64,000 nucleotides of DNA from Nitrospirota bacterium (GCA_963749655.1 CAVVOB010000018.1:160001-224000), one strand, 5' to 3'. Positions 32,003 to 42,775 are shown, counted from the first letter of the stretch. The notes: generated by a model from the letters alone, not told the origin. Translations and numbers: made by a program.

Positions 32003-33843
32003 GCTGTCAACGCCCCCTCCAGCTTCTTAACCGGCAGGCTGACGCTGCAGGTGACTCCGCCGTTCCCGTTGTTTTCGAGCCTGATCCGGCCGCCGTGCTC
32101 CTCAACGAGGCGCCTGGTGATCGAAAGCCCGAGTCCGGTCCCCTTCGACTTCGTGGTGAAGAAAGGATTAAAAATCTTGCCCAAGGTTGCGGGGTCGATC
32201 CCCGATCCCGTATCGGACAGCTCGATCTTCAGGTACTTTGCTTCGGCAAAGTACCTGCGTCCTTATCGTCACGGTCCCCCCGTCGGGCATGGCGTCGACG
32301 GCATTCATCATCAGGTTCAGGAAAATCTGCTGCAGCTGCATCGGGTCGGCCATGATCTCCGGCAAGATCGTCCGCCAGATCGCGTTTCAGGCGGACTGCG
32401 TGTGCCCCGTCCCGGGAACGGGCATGTTCCTTCAGCACCAGGGTAGTGACGTTCTCGAGTATGACATGCACATTCGTGCTGGCAAGCTGCGGCTTCGGCG
32501 GATGGGCGAAATTCAACAGCCCTTTCATCAGGTACTCGATCCGTTTGATCTCTCCGATGACCCTCTTCAGCACATCGCGGTCCTCGTCCGACAGGTAAGA
32601 CTCCTCGGAGAGGGCTTCCATGGACACCTTGATGCCCGCGAGCGGGTTCTTGATTTCATGGGCGAGACCGGTCGCGAGTTCTCCCGCCACTCTGATCCGC
32701 TCCGTTCGCTGCAGTTCTCTTTCGGCCCGCTTCCGCTCGGTTATGTCCCGGTCCATGGCGAGGATGAAGGTCTGGCCGCCCACCTCGAACGGGCCCGCGC
32801 TGACCTCCACGGGGAAGACCGATCCGTCCTTTCTTCGATGCTCCATTTCGGCCTTGATCCACTCTCCCTTGAGGATCCGTTCGATCCGGGAACCTGCATA
32901 GGCGGCATAGTCCGGCGTATCGAGGTCCTGGATCTTCATGCCTCTGAGCTCATCAACGGTGAAGTTGTGCATTCTCGCAGCCGCATGGTTGGCCTGAACG
33001 ATCCTTCCCGCCTGGCTCGCCTTCAGCTTCCAGGATAAAAATGGCATCCGCGGCGTTTTCAAAGAGGAGGCGATAGCGTTTTTCGCTCTCTTCGATGGCG
33101 CGCATATTCGTGCGAAGGGACTCCGCCATATCGTTGAATGCCACGGCCAGTTCCCCGAACTCGTCCTTCAAGCCTTTAATACGGTGGTCCAGATCGCCCC
33201 CCTTCAGTTTTCTCGTGGCCTGCAGGAGGACCAGGACCGGTCCGGTGACCCCCTTGATCACGGACATGGCGAAAATGATCATCAGCAGGGGGCCGGCGGC
33301 AATGACGATGAGCATGACGATCTTCATTTTGTGCGCGTAGCGAAGGGAATCTTCGGTCTGGTAATACAGCTTTTTATTCGTCAGAATGACCATGGTTTCC
33401 ACTTTTCCAATGAGCGAGTCGCCGATGATATGGGCGTTCTCCATCTGTTCCCTGCTGACCGAACGCCTTTCCCTTACCCTGGACAGGATCTCGGTAATGG
33501 AATCGTCGTATTGTCTGATCTGCTGATTGAGATCCTCCAGCCGTTCCTGCACGTAGGCGGAATGATGACAACCAAGGCAATTGCTGATGGAATTGTCTAC
33601 TGAACGAAGATGCTCCATGACCGAATCAGAACTCTGAGGACGAAGAGTGCCCTGTGAATACAGGTCCGTCTCCACTTTCTGTATGTTCATCAGCAGATGC
33701 TCCCGCAGGTTTTCGATCTGATGCAGCATGATGATATTGTCGAATTCGGACACATTGCGTTCGATGGCGATTACGAGATAAATGCCGCCGGCCAGCGTCA
33801 CGAGCGAAAAAATGCTGAGGAGCAGTATGATCTTCTTTTTCAT
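31999..33843 (-). CDS. Sensor histidine kinase (periplasmic CxxCH sensor, HAMP, PAS, HisKA, HATPase), split by frameshifts
   Basis: Two TM helices, CLGCH, DEFGELAVAFNDM HAMP, PAS, LAHEIKNPL, NAVDAM, FFTTK.KGTGLGL. Confidence 0.88.
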
Positions 33844-34221
33844 GTGTGAAGTTCCCGCGAAGCCTCTTCGGATCCGTTCACCTGTTCTTAAAAAACAGCC
33901 CGTGCAACGTTGGTTAGGGAGGGCTGGGAAAACTGTCGGGAATGTCGTTCAGGAAAGCATTCTGGATGAGTCTCTTTGATGCAACATCCCATGACGCTGC
34001 GATTCAGGCAATGCCGGGCCGGTAGCCCGTGAAACCGATCAAATCGCACCATCCATAATAAATCAGAACATGCATTGAGTCAATGCCGCGCTTGCAGAAA
34101 GGGACCAAGGGGAATCCGTACGTCTTCCCTCAGGGGCGACGCGCAGCTGCTGATACCGACGTACCATTGAACTGTAGATCGACGCTCACACCGCAAATTC
34201 CGCGAACGGGTCCGGACGGAC

Positions 34222-35751
34222 TCACGACGGCAATCCGAAAAAATCGCGGATTTTGGACAGCATCCTGCCTGAGACATCCTTTTTGCGGCGTTCGAGGGCG
34301 GCGGCATCCAGCCGTTCCCGCCCCGCATCGAGTCCTGCCTGCCGTTCCGAGAGAATATGGCTCAAAGCTTCCGCGATGGAAGGGTTGTTGGCCAGGGTGG
34401 CTCTGAAGCTGTCTTTATCGATAACGATAAATTCCGCATCCTCTTTGACGTGGATGCTCGCGGTCCGGGCCGCCCCGGTGAGCAGGCTCATCTCTCCGAA
34501 AATGTCGCCTGCGCCGAGCGTGGCTACCACCGTACGCTCGCCGGGAGACTTCTCCACGACGACGACGACCCTCCCGCTTCTGATGATGTAGAAGGAATTA
34601 CCCGCTTCTCCCTGCCGGATAGGCACTTCGCCGGCGGCATAGGTCCTGACGTGCACCTGGCCGACCAGCTCTTTCAGCTCCGCTTTGCTCAAGGGGGAAA
34701 ATATTTCCACCTTCGCCATCATGCCCATGATCTCCTGGACAATGCGGTCCTGGTCGGCGCGCTGCGTCTCCGGCGTTACCTGCTTCACCTGAACATTTCT
34801 CACCGGGAACGGGATCTCGATGCCGCTGCGCCTGAACTGGTACCAGAGCAGGTTCATGATTTCCGCTTCGATTCCGATGCGCCCGGCGAAATCGGTGATC
34901 GCATAGCGGATCTCGAATTGAACGGAATAATCCCCATAGGCGTAAACGCGCACGACGGGCTCCGGAACCTTCAGTACGCCGGGGATAGACGCCAGCACAG
35001 CGAGAATCGCGGTTCGGGCCTTATTGGGAGGGATGGTATAGCCCACGCCGATATTCAACTTTCTCACCGAGACTGCGTCCGGAAGGCTGAAGTTGACGAC
35101 GGCCTCGCTCAAGACCTTGCCGTTCGGAATAAAAACCTCGTTGTGTTCCACCGTCATGATTCTCGTTGATCGAAGTGTGATGTCGACTACGCGGCCCTCG
35201 TGACCTCCTGCAGAAATCCAGTCCCCCTGCTTGAGCGGTTTTTCGAGATGGATGGTCAACCCCGCAAGCATGTTGGCGAGAGTGCTCTGGAACGCCAGAC
35301 CGATCGTCGCGGTAAGCACGGTCGTTGTGGCAATTAGAGACGTAACGTTGACATTGAGAATCTCCTTCAGCAGGATCAGCGCCACGACGATGATTACGGA
35401 CGCAGTGATGATGTTCTTGAACGCGGCGGGAAAACTCCCCCGCTTCCAGCGGACCACGAACAGATCGCCGTAAACATAGAGGCCGAGCTTGAGCGCCGCG
35501 AAGGTGAATATCAGCCAGGAAAAAAAATTCAACTGCATCGCCATGCGGGGATAATAATCGGTGGCGCCGAAATGAAGAAAGACCTGAACGGAAAAAAAGA
35601 GCGCAACAAGGTGCAGCGCTGCGCCGATGGGTTTGAGGAGGGCGGATTGACGGGAGAGGAACTGGATCGCGATGCGACATGCGGCATAGATCACGATACT
35701 CAGCGCCGTGGTCCAGAGCAGTGAACCGGTGAAGTCCTTCAGGAATTCCAT
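34222..35751 (-). CDS. MscS mechanosensitive channel with C-terminal cNMP-binding domain
   Basis: IGLAFQSTLANMLAG, GDWI...GRV.DITLRST, IPFP, FGEMSLLTG..RTAS. Confidence 0.9.
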   Translation of the reverse strand: MEFLKDFTGSLLWTTALSIVIYAACRIAIQFLSRQSALLKPIGAALHLVALFFSVQVFLHFGATDYYPRMAMQLNFFSWLIFTFAALKLGLYVYGDLFVVRWKRGSFPAAFKNIITASVIIVVALILLKEILNVNVTSLIATTTVLTATIGLAFQSTLANMLAGLTIHLEKPLKQGDWISAGGHEGRVVDITLRSTRIMTVEHNEVFIPNGKVLSEAVVNFSLPDAVSVRKLNIGVGYTIPPNKARTAILAVLASIPGVLKVPEPVVRVYAYGDYSVQFEIRYAITDFAGRIGIEAEIMNLLWYQFRRSGIEIPFPVRNVQVKQVTPETQRADQDRIVQEIMGMMAKVEIFSPLSKAELKELVGQVHVRTYAAGEVPIRQGEAGNSFYIIRSGRVVVVVEKSPGERTVVATLGAGDIFGEMSLLTGAARTASIHVKEDAEFIVIDKDSFRATLANNPSIAEALSHILSERQAGLDAGRERLDAAALERRKKDVSGRMLSKIRDFFGLPS

Positions 35752-35814
35752 GGCAGCCCCCCAGAGGAATTATGATCGCTCATTGCGGGCGAATGCAGCC
35801 TCTCTCGTTTCCCG

Positions 35815-36396
35815 CTATTGCCGGATATGCTTGCCGATTTCACCCCAGAGCTCTTTCAAGCCGATGCCGCTCTTGACCGAAGTGACGAGCAGGGGTCCCG
35901 GCAGATTGAGTGCGGCCGTTATCGCGCGGCGGGCCTGTTCCGTTTCCTGACGGTTCAGCTTGTCCGCCTTGGTCAGCGCGCATATCATGGGGATATCATT
36001 GTCGCGCAGCCACTGCGCCAGCCTCGCGTCGCGGTCGTCCGGCGTCCGCCTGATGTCCAGAAGCATGACAACGGCCGACAGCCGGTCGTTGTCTTTCAGA
36101 TACCCTTCGATCATGGGAGCCCAGGCGTCGGTCACCGAATACGGGACCTGGGCATAACCATACCCCGGCAGGTCGACGAAATAATAGGATTGGTTGATGA
36201 CGAAAAAATTGATGAGCTGGGTCTTGCCGGGCGTCTGGCTCGTTTTCACCAGGTTCTTCCGGTGAAGCAGGGCGTTGATGATCGACGATTTTCCCACATT
36301 GGACCGGCCGGCAAAAGCGACCTGCGGTTTCTTGTCCCGGGGGAACTGGCTGGGCCCCGGCGCGCTCACTACGAATTCAGCGGAAAGAATCTTCAT
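35815..36396 (-). CDS. yihA: Ribosome biogenesis GTPase YihA/YsxC
   Basis: GRSNVGKSS, DLPGYG, TKADK; follows clpX. Confidence 0.95.
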   Translation of the reverse strand: MKILSAEFVVSAPGPSQFPRDKKPQVAFAGRSNVGKSSIINALLHRKNLVKTSQTPGKTQLINFFVINQSYYFVDLPGYGYAQVPYSVTDAWAPMIEGYLKDNDRLSAVVMLLDIRRTPDDRDARLAQWLRDNDIPMICALTKADKLNRQETEQARRAITAALNLPGPLLVTSVKSGIGLKELWGEIGKHIRQ

Positions 36397-36502
36397 GTCC
36401 CCCGATCAAACGGCATGTGCTCCGGCGAAAAAAAAGAGATTAAGCAAGGCAAACGCCTTAACCGCCTTAATCTCTCGTGCATTCATGATCCTGACGCCGC
36501 CG

Positions 36503-37744
36503 TTATGCGATTTTCTCGTAGATCAGCAGCGGTTCCGCCCCTTCGGTGATTACCTCTACATTGATCACGCATTCCCTGATGCCGGGCTGCGAAGGAACAT
36601 CATACATCACATTGAGCATGACGTCTTCGAGAATGGCGCGCAGTCCCCGAGCTCCCGTTTTTCGCTGGATGGCTTTCTTCGAGATCGCTATGAGCGCATC
36701 GTCGGTAAACCGCAGCTTGCAGCCCTCGAGCGCCAGCAGCTTCTGATACTGTTTTATGAGCGCGTTCTTCGGCCGTGTCAGAATGTCGATGAGCGCGTGT
36801 TCGTCAAGCTCTTCGAGCGTGGCGACGACCGGCATGCGTCCGATGAACTCGGGGATGAGTCCGTATTTGAGGAGGTCGCCGGGCTGGAGGTTGGCCAGCG
36901 TTTCGCTCAGTTTCCTCTCCTTTTTGCTCTGGATATCGGCGCCGAACCCCATGGTCTTCTGGCCGATCCGCTGATCGATGATCGTATCCAGGCCCACGAA
37001 TGCTCCGCCGCAGACGAAGAGGATGTTCTTCGTATCCACCTGGATGAACTCCTGGTGCGGATGTTTGCGCCCCCCCTGGGGCGGCACGCTCGCAACGGTG
37101 CCTTCGATCAGCTTCAGGAGCGCCTGCTGTACGCCTTCTCCGGAAACATCGCGCGTAATGGACGGGCTCTCGGATTTGCGGCTTATCTTGTCGATTTCAT
37201 CGATATACACGATCCCGCGCTGGGCGCGCTCCACGTCATAGTTGGCGTTCTGAAGGAGCTTGAGGATGATATTTTCAACGTCCTCGCCAACGTAGCCCGC
37301 TTCGGTAAGGGTCGTCGCATCGGCGATGGTGAAGGGCACATCGAGGATGCGCGCCAGGGTCTGGGCGAGAAGGGTCTTGCCGACGCCGGTGGGGCCGATC
37401 AGCAGGATATTGCTTTTCTGAAGTTCGACCTCGTCGCCGATCTCCTGCTGGATGCCGATGCGTTTGTAATGATTGTGGACCGCCACGGACAGGATCTTCT
37501 TGGCCCGTTCCTGGCCGATCACGTATTCATCGAGCGTGCGCTTGATCTCCGCCGGTTTCGGCAGGCGGGGAATCTTAGCTTCCTTTGTTTCCTCCCACTC
37601 CTCGGCAATGATCTCGTTGCACAGGTCCACGCATTCGTTGCAGATGAACACCGACGGCCCTGCGATGAGCTTCTTTACCTCATCCTGGCCCTTGCCGCAG
37701 AACGAGCATTTGAGGGGCGTTGCATGGTCTTTCTTCTCAGTCAT
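36503..37744 (-). CDS. clpX: ATP-dependent Clp protease ATPase ClpX
   Basis: CSFCGK zinc finger, [27 protein letters not shown]. Confidence 0.98.
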   Translation of the reverse strand: MTEKKDHATPLKCSFCGKGQDEVKKLIAGPSVFICNECVDLCNEIIAEEWEETKEAKIPRLPKPAEIKRTLDEYVIGQERAKKILSVAVHNHYKRIGIQQEIGDEVELQKSNILLIGPTGVGKTLLAQTLARILDVPFTIADATTLTEAGYVGEDVENIILKLLQNANYDVERAQRGIVYIDEIDKISRKSESPSITRDVSGEGVQQALLKLIEGTVASVPPQGGRKHPHQEFIQVDTKNILFVCGGAFVGLDTIIDQRIGQKTMGFGADIQSKKERKLSETLANLQPGDLLKYGLIPEFIGRMPVVATLEELDEHALIDILTRPKNALIKQYQKLLALEGCKLRFTDDALIAISKKAIQRKTGARGLRAILEDVMLNVMYDVPSQPGIRECVINVEVITEGAEPLLIYEKIA

Positions 37745-37747
37745 ACG

Positions 37748-38353
37748 TTACTTCTCCTTGAGCGGCCGGGAAACTTTTTTCGCGATAACCTCGTCAACGA
37801 GCCCGTAGGCCTTCGCGTCAGCTCCGGACATGAAAAAATCCCGCTCCGTGTCCGAATGGATTTTGTCCACCGGCTGGCCGGTATGATTCGCGAGGATCGT
37901 GTTCAACGTTTCCTTCATGTGGAGGATCTCTTTTGCATGAATCTCGATGTCGGTGGCCTGGCCCTGGAACCCTCCCAGGGGCTGATGAATCATGATGCGG
38001 GCGTGGGGCAGCGAGAACCGCTTTCCCTTCGTGCCCGAAGCCAGGAGCAGCGCCCCCATGCTTGCAGCCTGACCGATGCAGATGGTCGATACGGGCGACT
38101 TGATGTAATTCATGGTGTCGTAGATCGCAAGTCCTGCCGTCACGATGCCGCCCGGCGAGTTGATATAAAGGTAAATGTCCTTGTCGGGGTCGTCAGCTTC
38201 GAGAAAAAGCAGCTGCGCGATAACGGTGTTGGCGACAATGTCGTCGATCGCCGTGCCGAGAAATATGATGCGGTCTTTCAGCAGGCGGGAATATATATCG
38301 TAAGCCCGCTCGCCGCGGCTCGTCTGTTCAACAACAATGGGGATCAAGGACAT
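37748..38353 (-). CDS. clpP: Clp protease proteolytic subunit
   Basis: [35 protein letters not shown]. Confidence 0.98.
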   Translation of the reverse strand: MSLIPIVVEQTSRGERAYDIYSRLLKDRIIFLGTAIDDIVANTVIAQLLFLEADDPDKDIYLYINSPGGIVTAGLAIYDTMNYIKSPVSTICIGQAASMGALLLASGTKGKRFSLPHARIMIHQPLGGFQGQATDIEIHAKEILHMKETLNTILANHTGQPVDKIHSDTERDFFMSGADAKAYGLVDEVIAKKVSRPLKEK

Positions 38354-38376
38354 ATTCATTCCTTTCTTTCTTTGTT

Positions 38377-39657
38377 TCAATTATAACTCTTCTTTGCCTT
38401 TGAAAGCAAGAGACCGAGCACCTTTTCACGCTTCAGCGATCCCCGCAGGTTGTCGAGACCGCCTTCCTGAGACTCGTAGTACTTCCTCACCGCATCGGGA
38501 GTCTGTCCCGCGCTCCGCGCCATGACGGAGATCGACGCGTCGATTTCCTTGTCGGCAACCTCGATATTTTCCTTATCGCCGATCGCGTCGAGCAAAAGGA
38601 TTCCCTTGACCCGCTTTTCGGCCATTTGCTTGTTCTCCTCCGAGAATTTCGCAAAATCGAAGGTCTTCACATCGACGCCGCGCCGTGCCATGCGAGTTGC
38701 ATGGGACCTTGCCATGGATTGCAGCTCCCGTTCCACCATCCCCGGCGGGACATCGAAGGTATGACCATCCACGAGCTTTGACAGGATCGCTTCCCGCTGG
38801 TCTGAGGACTGCTCGTCCCGCTTTCGCGCTTCCAGGTCTTTCCTGATGCCTGACTTCAATTCCTCCGCAGTTGTATAATTGCCGATGTCCTTGGCGAACT
38901 CGTCGTTCATCTCGGGCAGGACCTTCTTTTTGATCTCTTTCAGGGTGACCGTGAATGTCGCGTCCTTTCCGGCAAGGTTCTTGTTGTCGTAGTCCTCCGG
39001 GAAATTCAGCTTGATCTCACGCGTATCTCCCTTTGCCATCCCTACCAGCTGGTCCTCGAAGCCGGGAATCAGGGAATTCGAACCCAGGTGCAGGAGATAA
39101 TCGGATGCTTTGGCGCCTTCTATGGACTTGCCCTCGCGAAACCCTTCAAAATCAATGATCGCGGAATCGTTCTTCTCGAGCGGCCGCCCCTCCACGACCT
39201 CAAGCTGGGCGTACATCTCCCGAAGCCGGTCCACGGTCTCGTTGAGCTCTGCATCGCTCACCGTCAAGGGCGCTTCCTTCACCTCAATGCCTTCGTAGGC
39301 GCCGAGGGTGATATCCGGCCGCACTTCAACAACGGCCGTGAAGTTCAGGGGTGAATTCTTGTCGAGAGGAGAAATATTCGTGATGCTCGGCAGCTCCACG
39401 GGGCTCAGTTTATGCTCCTCCAAGGCCTGAAGATAGGAGGTGGTGATAAGTTTGTTCATCACCTCGGTTTCGATTTCCTGGGCATAGTGGCGCTCGACTA
39501 TGGACCTGGGCGCCTTGCCGGGGCGGAATCCCGGGATCTTGGCTTTCTTTGCCACGTCGGCAACGGCTTTTGTCATTTCCTGTGCAATCGCATCAGGGGT
39601 GACCTGGATGTGCAGCTTTTTTTTGACTGTGCTGATGTCTTCGATCGTTGACTTCAT
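38377..39657 (-). CDS. tig: Trigger factor
   Basis: [14 protein letters not shown] domain [10 protein letters not shown]; tig-clpP-clpX order. Confidence 0.96.
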   Translation of the reverse strand: MKSTIEDISTVKKKLHIQVTPDAIAQEMTKAVADVAKKAKIPGFRPGKAPRSIVERHYAQEIETEVMNKLITTSYLQALEEHKLSPVELPSITNISPLDKNSPLNFTAVVEVRPDITLGAYEGIEVKEAPLTVSDAELNETVDRLREMYAQLEVVEGRPLEKNDSAIIDFEGFREGKSIEGAKASDYLLHLGSNSLIPGFEDQLVGMAKGDTREIKLNFPEDYDNKNLAGKDATFTVTLKEIKKKVLPEMNDEFAKDIGNYTTAEELKSGIRKDLEARKRDEQSSDQREAILSKLVDGHTFDVPPGMVERELQSMARSHATRMARRGVDVKTFDFAKFSEENKQMAEKRVKGILLLDAIGDKENIEVADKEIDASISVMARSAGQTPDAVRKYYESQEGGLDNLRGSLKREKVLGLLLSKAKKSYN

Positions 39658-39777
39658 TTTGCTACCGCCTTCTCGTACGAATTTATAAAATTGCCAAGTA
39701 AAACCGGAGCTGAGATGAAAAAATCGCGCCTGATTTCATCCCGCTGAACAATGGCCTGAACTTCCATAATATATAAT

Positions 39778-39860
39778 TGGTGCGAGAGGGGGGACTTGAA
39801 CCCCCACGGTCACCCACCAGATCCTAAGTCTGGCGCGTCTGCCAGTTCCGCCACTCTCGC
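39778..39860 (-). tRNA. tRNA-Leu(TAG)
   Basis: GCGAGAGTGGCGGAACTGGCAGACGCGCCAGAC-TTAGGA-TCTGG...GTTCAAGTCC...CCA. Confidence 0.95.
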
Positions 39861-40012
39861 CAGAGATATAACTGGAGATATAATAAGGAAGGCAGTGAAG
39901 GACGGCCTCTCCTCGCCCTTGTTCAGGAAAATCAGCGAAAACATCAAACGACATTTCGGCTTGCGCCGCGAGAGGCCTTCTGCGGCCATGGTGATCGGAA
40001 CCGATAACAGAC

Positions 40013-40399
40013 CTAGCCGGCTATTTCCGCCTTCCATACTTTTTTACCGGTGCCGTCTTCAACCTTGGACAGCTTAAAGATAAGCGTTTTTTCTTCCGTC
40101 ACTTCAACCGGCTTGGCGTTATTCGGATGAGATTTGAACGAAAGAGCCTTGTTCGACTTATAAGAAAGGGTGATCTTCACCTTGACAGGCCATTTCCCGT
40201 CGCTTCCCCGGCTCATTTTTTCCACGATGGTTACCGGAGACTGCAGTGTAATGAACCCTCCCATGAACAGGCTGCTGTTCTGAACGGCTTTGATTATTTC
40301 TTCGTCCTTAGGTGCAAAAAATTTGGAGCAACCGAACACGGTCAATGCACTCAACGTCACGATCATAATTACCGACAACTGTCTTGAACAGCGAAACAT
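40013..40399 (-). CDS. Hypothetical lipoprotein (paralog of 26218-26571)
   Basis: Lipobox VFGC; motifs shared with the paralog. Confidence 0.7.
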   Translation of the reverse strand: MFRCSRQLSVIMIVTLSALTVFGCSKFFAPKDEEIIKAVQNSSLFMGGFITLQSPVTIVEKMSRGSDGKWPVKVKITLSYKSNKALSFKSHPNNAKPVEVTEEKTLIFKLSKVEDGTGKKVWKAEIAG

Positions 40400-40614
40400 A
40401 AGCTCCTCTCCTCAATAAATAGAATTTGAGCCGACAACGAGTTCCCTTATCATTTGGATCTATAACCGATCATTTCGGGGCACGCCGGTCCTTCTCTCTC
40501 GTCCGGCCCGTGCCGAAAGCAATGATAAATTTACCGGAAATAGCGCTGTTTGTCAAAAAAAAATTAAGGAATTCCGCCTTATGAACGGGCTTCCGGTTTG
40601 CGTCGTTCCTGATT

Positions 40615-40653
40615 AAAAAAACGAGCCCGGCAAGAGAAAACTATTGCCGGGCT
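40615..40653 (-). terminator. Intrinsic terminator after tRNA-Lys
   Basis: AGCCCGGCAA...TTGCCGGGCT hairpin with T run on the minus strand. Confidence 0.7.
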
Positions 40654-40665
40654 TCCCTGAATTTC

Positions 40666-40741
<76 letters not shown>

Positions 40742-41049
40742 ATAGCAAAAAATGATGAGAGTACCAGATGCAAAGCGGCTACATTATACTTATCTTGCCG
40801 TGCAGATGCAACAAGAAAATCAAATCAGGAAGGTTTTTTCGGCCTCTTTTTTAGTGGAGCCCCCTCGGCAGGTGCCGGAGGCTCCCTCGAACAACGCGAC
40901 CTCCCGGAACTGCGAACTCACGCATGCGTGACACGTTTGTGTCACGCGCGAGTGAGCGTTTTCCACCCCCGGCCGGAGCCGGGGGATGCCAAGGCGCGGG
41001 ATTGCGGATTACTCACCCGATTCGTATGATTTTCATTCCCCATTGACTA

Positions 41050-41227
41050 TGGTGCGCCCGGCAGGAGTCGAACCGTGCAGCCGTCGCCCGTGAAGGGCTC
41101 CCCAGAGGGGGCCCGCCCCCTCTGGCATCTCCCCCGAATCGCAGGGGAGCGTCTCCCCTGCACCCCTCAGGCCGCAGGAGAACATTTGCATCGGTCATTG
41201 CCGGATTTTTTGCAATCAGCAAGTTCT
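41050..41227 (-). repeat. tRNA-linked element A: structured core plus duplicated 3' half of tRNA-Arg(TCG)
   Basis: tggtgcgcccggcaggagtcgaacc at 41050 and 41228 (period 178); core homologous to element B. Confidence 0.85.
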
Positions 41228-41304
<77 letters not shown>

Positions 41305-41390
41305 CTAACAAATGCTGAATTCGGTCGGAATGAAGAATTCGAATTTACGATTGGCTTTTCATTCCGCATTCGACATTCTGAATTAAAAAA

Positions 41391-41467
41391 TGGTGCGCCC
41401 GGCGGGAGTCGGACCCACGACCTTTGGCTTCGGAGGCCAACGCTCTATCCAGCTGAGCTACGGGCGC
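41391..41467 (-). tRNA. tRNA-Arg(CCG)
   Basis: Anticodon arm TTGGC-CTCCGAA-GCCAA, CCA end; T-loop reads TCCGAC. Confidence 0.9.
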
Positions 41468-41558
41468 AAACAAATTGCGGATTGTCGACTGCGGATTGCC
41501 GATTTTCAGGCTGTGCCTTCAATCCGCAATCCGAAATTCGCAATCCGCAACTAAAAAT

Positions 41559-41635
41559 TGGGGTGAGCGACGGGGCTTGAACCCGCGGCCACAAGGGCCA
41601 CAACCTTGTGCTCTACCAGCTGAGCTACGCCCACC
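41559..41635 (-). tRNA. tRNA-His(GTG)
   Basis: Anticodon arm CAAGG-TTGTGGC-CCTTG, G-1 and CCCA end. Confidence 0.95.
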
Positions 41636-41753
41636 ATAAAAATATATTTACCCTAACCCTTAATTGAATGGTGCCTATTTTATAGTTTCGTATGCAGTTT
41701 GTCAACAAACAATCAGCAATCCAATCCGCAATTCACAATCCGAACTTGTAAAC

Positions 41754-41932
41754 TGGCGCGCCTGAAGGGATTCGAACCCCTGACCGTCGCCCGTAAAGGG
41801 CTCCCCAGAGGGGGTCTGCCCCCTCTGGTATCTCCCCCGAAGCTCAGGGGAATCTTTCCCCTGAAACCCCTGGGGTCAAGGGACTGCATTTTTCAATTCG
41901 CAATCAGCGATTCGCAATCCGAAATTACAAAC
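41754..41932 (-). repeat. tRNA-linked element B: structured core plus duplicated 3' half of tRNA-Arg(TCT)
   Basis: tggcgcgcctgaagggattcgaacccctgacc at 41754 and 41933 (period 179). Confidence 0.85.
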
Positions 41933-42009
41933 TGGCGCGCCTGAAGGGATTCGAACCCCTGACCCACAGCTTAGAAGGCTGTTGCTCTATCCACCTGAGC
42001 TACAGGCGC
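41933..42009 (-). tRNA. tRNA-Arg(TCT)
   Basis: Anticodon arm ACAGC-CTTCTAA-GCTGT, CCA end. Confidence 0.95.
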
Positions 42010-42129
42010 AAGATTCGTGAGTTTTAAGTTGTTAGTTTTGAGTTTTAAATTGTCGGTGCTGAGTCGATCAGAAAACCCATCCGACAGGAGCTCAAAACTA
42101 ATAACTACAAACTAAAAACCGTCGTAAAC

Positions 42130-42206
42130 TGGTCGGGGCGAGAGGATTTGAACCTCCGGCTTTCTGCTCCCAAAGCAGACGCGCTACCGGGCTGCGCCAC
42201 GCCCCG
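42130..42206 (-). tRNA. tRNA-Pro(TGG)
   Basis: CGGGGCGTGGCGCAGCCCGGTAGCGCGTCTGC-TTTGGGA-GCAGA...CCA. Confidence 0.95.
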
Positions 42207-42247
42207 AGTTCTGTCGCAACTGCTTACCCCTGTTTCGTGTAGGGCAT

Positions 42248-42276
42248 ATAATACTCACACTCCTCTGCCTTGTCAA
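42248..42276 (-). promoter_or_regulatory. sigma70 promoter of the tRNA cluster
   Basis: TTGACA-N17-TATTAT; a second TTGACA-N17-TAAAAT lies at 41705-41677 before tRNA-His. Confidence 0.7.
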
Positions 42277-42512
42277 GCCCCGAAAGACCATAAAACCGCA
42301 ATATTTCACTCATGTGGCGGCATTAACAAATTCCTCGTGACCGACATCCGGAATTGCCGGGGCCGTATCCACCGAATTCGATTATGCACGCCTTTCCTCT
42401 GAATATAGCAAAAATTTGTCCAAAGGCCGCAGCCCGGCAGGCCGCCATATCCGCCGCGCACTAACAAGGTTTTGCCTTGAAATATCACCTGTTTTATACT
42501 ATGATTACGGCT

Positions 42513-42767
42513 ATGGAAGAGCGGATCGGATCGGTGATAAAATTTTTCGACAAGGCGTCCATCGCCGCGGTGAAGCTCGACTTCGGCGATCTTGCGGTCG
42601 GCGACACCATCCGCGTCAAAGGCCCTTCAACCGACTTTACCCAGAAGATAGAAGCCATGGAGTTCGACCATAAATCAGTGGACAAGGCCCTCAGGGGCCA
42701 GTTCACCGGCATCAAGCTCTCCCAGGCGGCAAAACCCTTCGACCTTGTGTACAGGATCACCGGATAG
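42513..42767 (+). CDS. Small translation-factor-like beta-barrel protein (U32 peptidase C-terminal-like)
   Basis: IG.V..FF.K.S.A...L..GDL.VGDTI..KG..TDF.QKI..ME pattern. Confidence 0.7.
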   Translation: MEERIGSVIKFFDKASIAAVKLDFGDLAVGDTIRVKGPSTDFTQKIEAMEFDHKSVDKALRGQFTGIKLSQAAKPFDLVYRITG

Positions 42768-42775
42768 CATCTGAC

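Noticed and set aside
34222-35751. MscS-cNMP fusion as a new channel type
   Set aside because: MscS channels with cyclic-nucleotide-binding domains (bCNG-type) are already described.
36275-38386. 703-aa plus-strand ORF and similar long antisense ORFs (46298-48088, 48548-49936, 54782-56035, 26601-27818)
   Set aside because: Shadow frames opposite well-supported genes in GC-rich DNA; no motifs.
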